64,000 nucleotides of DNA, from assembly GCA_963783655.1 (NCBI GenBank), contig CAWAOA010000007.1, positions 55,229-119,228 on the forward strand, read 5' to 3'. This DNA is from an uncultured Chloroflexia bacterium (GTDB taxonomy: Bacteria > Chloroflexota > Anaerolineae > CG2-30-64-16). Below are positions 60,626-64,000 of the stretch, in pieces (position 1 is the first letter of the stretch; every line of letters starts with the position of its first letter). The notes below the pieces were generated by a model. That model was given only the letters and a program-made list of their open reading frames with translations. It did no database searches and was not told the origin of the DNA. A program made the translations under genes and the position numbers.

Positions 60626-61808
60626 TCAGCCTCGCTTCACGATGAGAGCCATGCCCAGCCCACCGCTGACGCACAACGTTGCCAGGCCGAGCCTGCCGTC
60701 ACGCCGGGCGAGTGCATGGACCAGGGTGACGACGATGCGCGTGCCCGAGCAGCCCGTGGGGTGGCCGAGAGCCACGGCGCCCCCATGTACGTTACGGCGC
60801 GCGGTATCCCAATCAAGAGCCCGCTTACGGCAAGCACCTGCCCGGCAAAAGCTTCGTTGATCTCGATCACGTCCAGATCGGACAGCGCAAGGCCCGCCGC
60901 GCTGATCGCCTTACGCGTCGCCGGCGTTGGCCCCAGCGCCATCTGCATCGGGTCCACACCCACGCTGGCAAAGCCCACGATTGTTGCCAGCGGGGTCACG
61001 CCCAACGCTTCGGCACGCTCGCCGACATCAGCACCACCGCGGCGCGCCGTCAGCGATACCGCTGGCATTGGCCGCCGTAACCGTCCCCCCTTCCGCCGCC
61101 GCCGAAATACGGTAGCCAGGCGCGACAGTGCACGTTCATCGGTGTCCGCCCGGGGGCGTTCGTCTCGCGTCACGAACGTCTTCTCACCCTTGCGTCCCGC
61201 AATCTCCACGGGTACGACCTCCGCGTTGAACGCGCCGTTCTTCCAGGCTGCGATTGCCTTACGGTGGCTTGGGCCGTGTAGCGGTCTTGTTGGTGTGGTG
61301 ATGCCGTATTGCTCCACCAGCCGGTCCACCGTCTCGCCCATCACCATGCCCGAAAGCGGGCAGTCGTAACCTCGCGGTAGTTGGCATCTACCAGGCTCTC
61401 ATTTCCCAGCCGATACCCCCAGCGCGCCTTCAGCAGCAAGTAAGGCACTTGCGACATCTGCTCGACGCCGCCTGCCAGCACAATCTCATTCTCGCCGGTC
61501 ATGATGGACTGGATGCCCAGGGTGATGGCCTTCAAGCCGGACGCGCACGCTTTGTTCACCGTGAACGCCGTTTGCTCAACCGGCACGCCACAGCGCCAGG
61601 CAATCTGGCGGGCAATGTTTGGCCCAATCCCTGCCTGCCGCGCGCTGCCAAAGATCGTTTCATCGATCTGGGCGGGTTCCAGTCCTGCCCGGGCAACGGC
61701 CACCTGCGCCGCTGTCTCGCCCAGGGCTGCGGCAGGCACATCCCTCAGTACTCCCCCGAAAGCACCGATGGGGGTGCGAACGGCGGCGGCAATCACGACT
61801 CGTTGCAT
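60626..61808 (-). CDS. Acetyl-CoA C-acetyltransferase (thiolase), with frame changes
   Basis: [31 protein letters not shown] (active-site Cys), and [13 protein letters not shown]. My shifted translation of the tail gives [21 protein letters not shown]. The stop lies 3 bp before the aminotransferase ATG. Confidence 0.85.
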
Positions 61809-61821
61809 TTCTTCTCCTACC

Positions 61822-62614
61822 CTACTTGCTGCTATACAGCCCCTGCGGGTCCAATTCAACCCGGATCAGGTGCAGCTCCTCCGCAGTCGGCGGCTCAGTC
61901 ACGCCCAGTTCAAGCGCCACAGCTAGCGGCCAGCCCACCGCAGCCTGCACCTCGTCAATGCTCACGCCTGGATGCAGTGAGGTCAGCGTCATCTCGCCCC
62001 CGTCAGCGGGGAAGCGGAAGATGGCTTTGTCGGTGATTACCAGTTGTGGGCTTGCCGGGCAACCCTGCCGCCGCCCGCTCGCCCGGCCTGCCCGACAGGT
62101 GCCCGGCCGCGGTGCGGAAATCCAGCCGCTCGACAAATGCCCGCTTGTTGAGCCGCATGATGATGAAGATGCGGCGCGCATGAATGGCGATCTCGCACAT
62201 GCCGCCGCTGCCGGGCAGCCGCACCCTGGGACGCCGGTACGCCTCGAGGGCGTCCTGGCCGGGCGCGGCGACAACGGTGCTGTTCAGGTTGCCAAAGCGG
62301 TCAATCTGCGCTGCGCCAAGAAAGGCGACTTCGATCCGGCCGCCCTGCAGGTAATACAAGAAGAGCTGCGCCATCGGCACTACGGCGGTGGCGCCGGTGA
62401 CGAGCGCGGATCGCCGATTGAGAGGGGCAGGCGCTCCGGGCGCCGCTCCGAACACGCCCGACTCATACACCAACTCGAGATTGATGCTCACGGTGCGCCG
62501 GGCCAGGTTGCAGGCGACGTTTGGCAAACCGACGCCCACAAATACCACCCGCTCGCCCGCCAGCGCTCGCGCCGAATCGCAAATCATCATCTCCGATGCC
62601 GAATACTCAGCCAT
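61822..62614 (-). CDS. CoA-transferase subunit B (glutaconate/3-oxoacid CoA-transferase family), with one frame change
   Basis: MAEYSASEMMICDSARALAGERVVFVGVGLPNVACNLA, YESGVFG, FLGAAQIDRFGNLNST, LPGSGG, and the tail LVITDKAIFRFPADGGEMTLTSLHPGVSIDEVQAAVGW. Confidence 0.75.
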
Positions 62615-62615
62615 G

Positions 62616-63536
62616 CTATCCTCGCATGCCGTAGCGGCCGTAGTTCACCGGCTCCGACGGCACGCTCCCCGCAGCCAGCCGTTCCCAGATACCCGGCTGG
62701 GCTGCCGCCAGCTTCTCAAGGTATTCTTCCCAGCCCGTCACGCCGTAGACCCAATCCGCCAGCCACGCCTCAACGGCCGCATGGCTGCGCGAGATTTTAT
62801 CCCATGCCAGGTAGAACTGGTTATCGCGATCGTAGTAGCCTTGCACATACGATGGGCACGCCGCGTGGCTGTTCCACCACGGCATCTACCACCATGTGCG
62901 GGATAAGGGTGCGGTTGGTATCTGAACAGATCGTCTCGGCAGGCACGATCTCTTCAACAACGACGATAACGTGGCGCCGCGAATGCCACTTCGGCTTGCA
63001 CCCCCAGCAGCCCCCATAACTGCGTGTTGCCGCTTGCATCGGCACGCTGGGCGTGAATGATGGCGACATCAGGGTTGAGAGGCGGGACAACCGCCACCGA
63101 CCCGGCGCCAAGGGTCGGCGACGCGGCGAATCAGCGGGTTCGCCACGGCCATGTCTGTGCCATCGTAGCTGTGCAGCGGGAAAAAGGGCAGGTGGGCCGC
63201 TCCGGCCATGTAGCGCGTGATCATCCCGAAATGCGAGTACTCCTTGATTTCCAGTGCTGGGGGATCTCGTTCCACCGCCCGCCGCACGCAATTGAGAGAC
63301 CCCACGCCCGGATTCCCGAGATAGCTGAAGATCAATTTGCGCGGCGCAGCCGGCCGCAATCATCTGATCATAGACCAGGTCAGGCGTCATGCGGCAAAGC
63401 ACAAGATCACGGAATCTCTGCCGGATGATCTCATGCGCCGCCGCAAAGCAGATGAAGGCGGTGAAGCCTTCGATCGCCACTATGTCGCCGTCATGGACGT
63501 AGCGGGCGACGGCATCGGAAAGTGCCGTGATTTCAT
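62616..63536 (-). CDS. CoA-transferase subunit A, with frame changes
   Basis: (MK)ITALSDAVARYVHDGDIVAIEGFTAFICFAAAHEIIRQ, then FSYLGNPGVGSLNCVRRAVE...ALEIKEYSHFGMITRYMAGAAHLPFFPL (ORF 63069..63359), and the C-terminus in ORF 62616..62885. Confidence 0.7.
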
Positions 63537-64000
63537 GGCCGCGCCTGGGCCGGTATCCCCCCGGGCTGACTCAGCCGCAACCCGGCCAAAGTTACCGGCC
63601 GCGGGATACCCTGCTCATCCCAGCCGCGCAGCCGGTAATACTCGGGCAGCATTTCGCCCAGGTGCGTCACAGAGCCCTTTGCCGGGCCTTCGGGCAGGGC
63701 TCTTGGAGCATGCGTCGGGGCAGCGTGTCGTCGGTCGCCGTGAAGCCTGCGGCAAGCAGGAAAAGACGCTCCAGGTTGAAAACTCGCTCGCCGGCTTCCA
63801 GCAGCGTCTCGGGCGTGTAGGCCGCGCCCGTGGCCCTGTTCATCAGATCCGTCAGGCGCAGGGGCGAAATTAGATGCATGAGGTCCGAAAAGGTAGCGGA
63901 CGGCCAGGAAAACACACAATCCGGCCGAATCGATAATGACAAACGCGTCTTGCCACCGCTTCACCAGCGCCGCCTTGCCCGCGGTCGCCAGCGGGTCGCT
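63533..64000 (-). CDS. Aldehyde:ferredoxin oxidoreductase family, C-terminal part only (5' end outside the window), with frame changes
   Basis: VIIDSAGLCVF, LMNRATGAAYTPETLLEAGERVFNLERLFLLAAGFTATDDTLPRRMLQEP, and MLPEYYRLRGWDEQGIP match the AOR C-terminal domain as I remember it. Confidence 0.6.
   Translation of the reverse strand, partial: SDPLATAGKAALVKRWQDAFVIIDSAGLCVFLAVRYLFGPHASNFAPAPDGSDEQGHGRGLHARDAAGSRRASFQPGASFPACRRLHGDRRHAAPTHAPRALPEGPAKGSVTHLGEMLPEYYRLRGWDEQGIPRPVTLAGLRLSQPGGIPAQARP

Noticed and set aside
61619-63019. Plus-strand ORF of 466 aa, with similar cases at 56422..57543, 35217..35969 and 38311..39180
   Set aside because: All are antisense to genes with strong family motifs (CoA-transferase and thiolase, class V aminotransferase, FAD oxidase, SQR/DUF1641). 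All have Arg/Pro/Ala-skewed composition.

Overview
The window is a clearly GC-rich, densely coding bacterial chromosomal segment (GC not computed). Gene content is reminiscent of a Chloroflexota-like organism, but that is inference only. I found no rRNA, tRNA, CRISPR array, transposase or integrase by eye.

Caveat that affects every call: most genes are split over 2-7 ORF-track pieces by single-base frame changes, yet family-level protein similarity continues straight across each break. I therefore annotate reconstructed gene spans. Ends are approximate to a few codons, and I treat the breaks as probable indel sequencing errors rather than pseudogenes.

Content from left to right:
- Ser/Thr kinase with an RskA-like ectodomain, plus an FHA-FHA-lipase fusion.
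- S9-type hydrolase lipoprotein.
- HtrA-like protease with MoxR, DUF58 and a VWA protein.
- CheY-like receiver translationally coupled to a Tat-exported multicopper oxidase, divergent from a NarL-type regulator and a PAS histidine kinase.
- Secreted protein built from five 345-bp tandem repeats.
- proB, proA, a DinB/ClbS-like gene and a RidA-family gene.
- Sugar-utilisation locus: Gfo/Idh/MocA oxidoreductase, sugar-phosphate isomerase, ThuA, GH31, ABC permeases and binding protein, ROK regulator.
- Highly divergent GroEL-like paralog plus an Asp-box beta-propeller.
- DUF2277, a RibD_C-type reductase and an FAD-linked oxidase.
- Sulfide-handling operon: HTH-PocR regulator, SQR-type flavoprotein, DUF1641, a TusE/DsrC-like protein and a DsrE-like protein.
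- Copper island: degenerate MCO-like protein, cupredoxin protein, DUF4418, FtsX permease, ABC ATPase, Met/Gly-rich secreted protein, and an MCO with a (GM)n insert.
- Class V aminotransferase.
- Operon of class III aminotransferase, thiolase, CoA-transferase B and A, and a partial aldehyde:ferredoxin oxidoreductase.

The most interesting locus is a tight minus-strand operon at about 41.1-47.2 kb. It encodes a SLOG-like Rossmann protein, a ribokinase-like/AAA+/tandem-RyR protein and a TIR-TM-WD40 protein. An XRE-cupin regulator lies upstream on the same strand. I read this as a candidate uncharacterised NAD/nucleotide-signalling (conflict or sensing) system.
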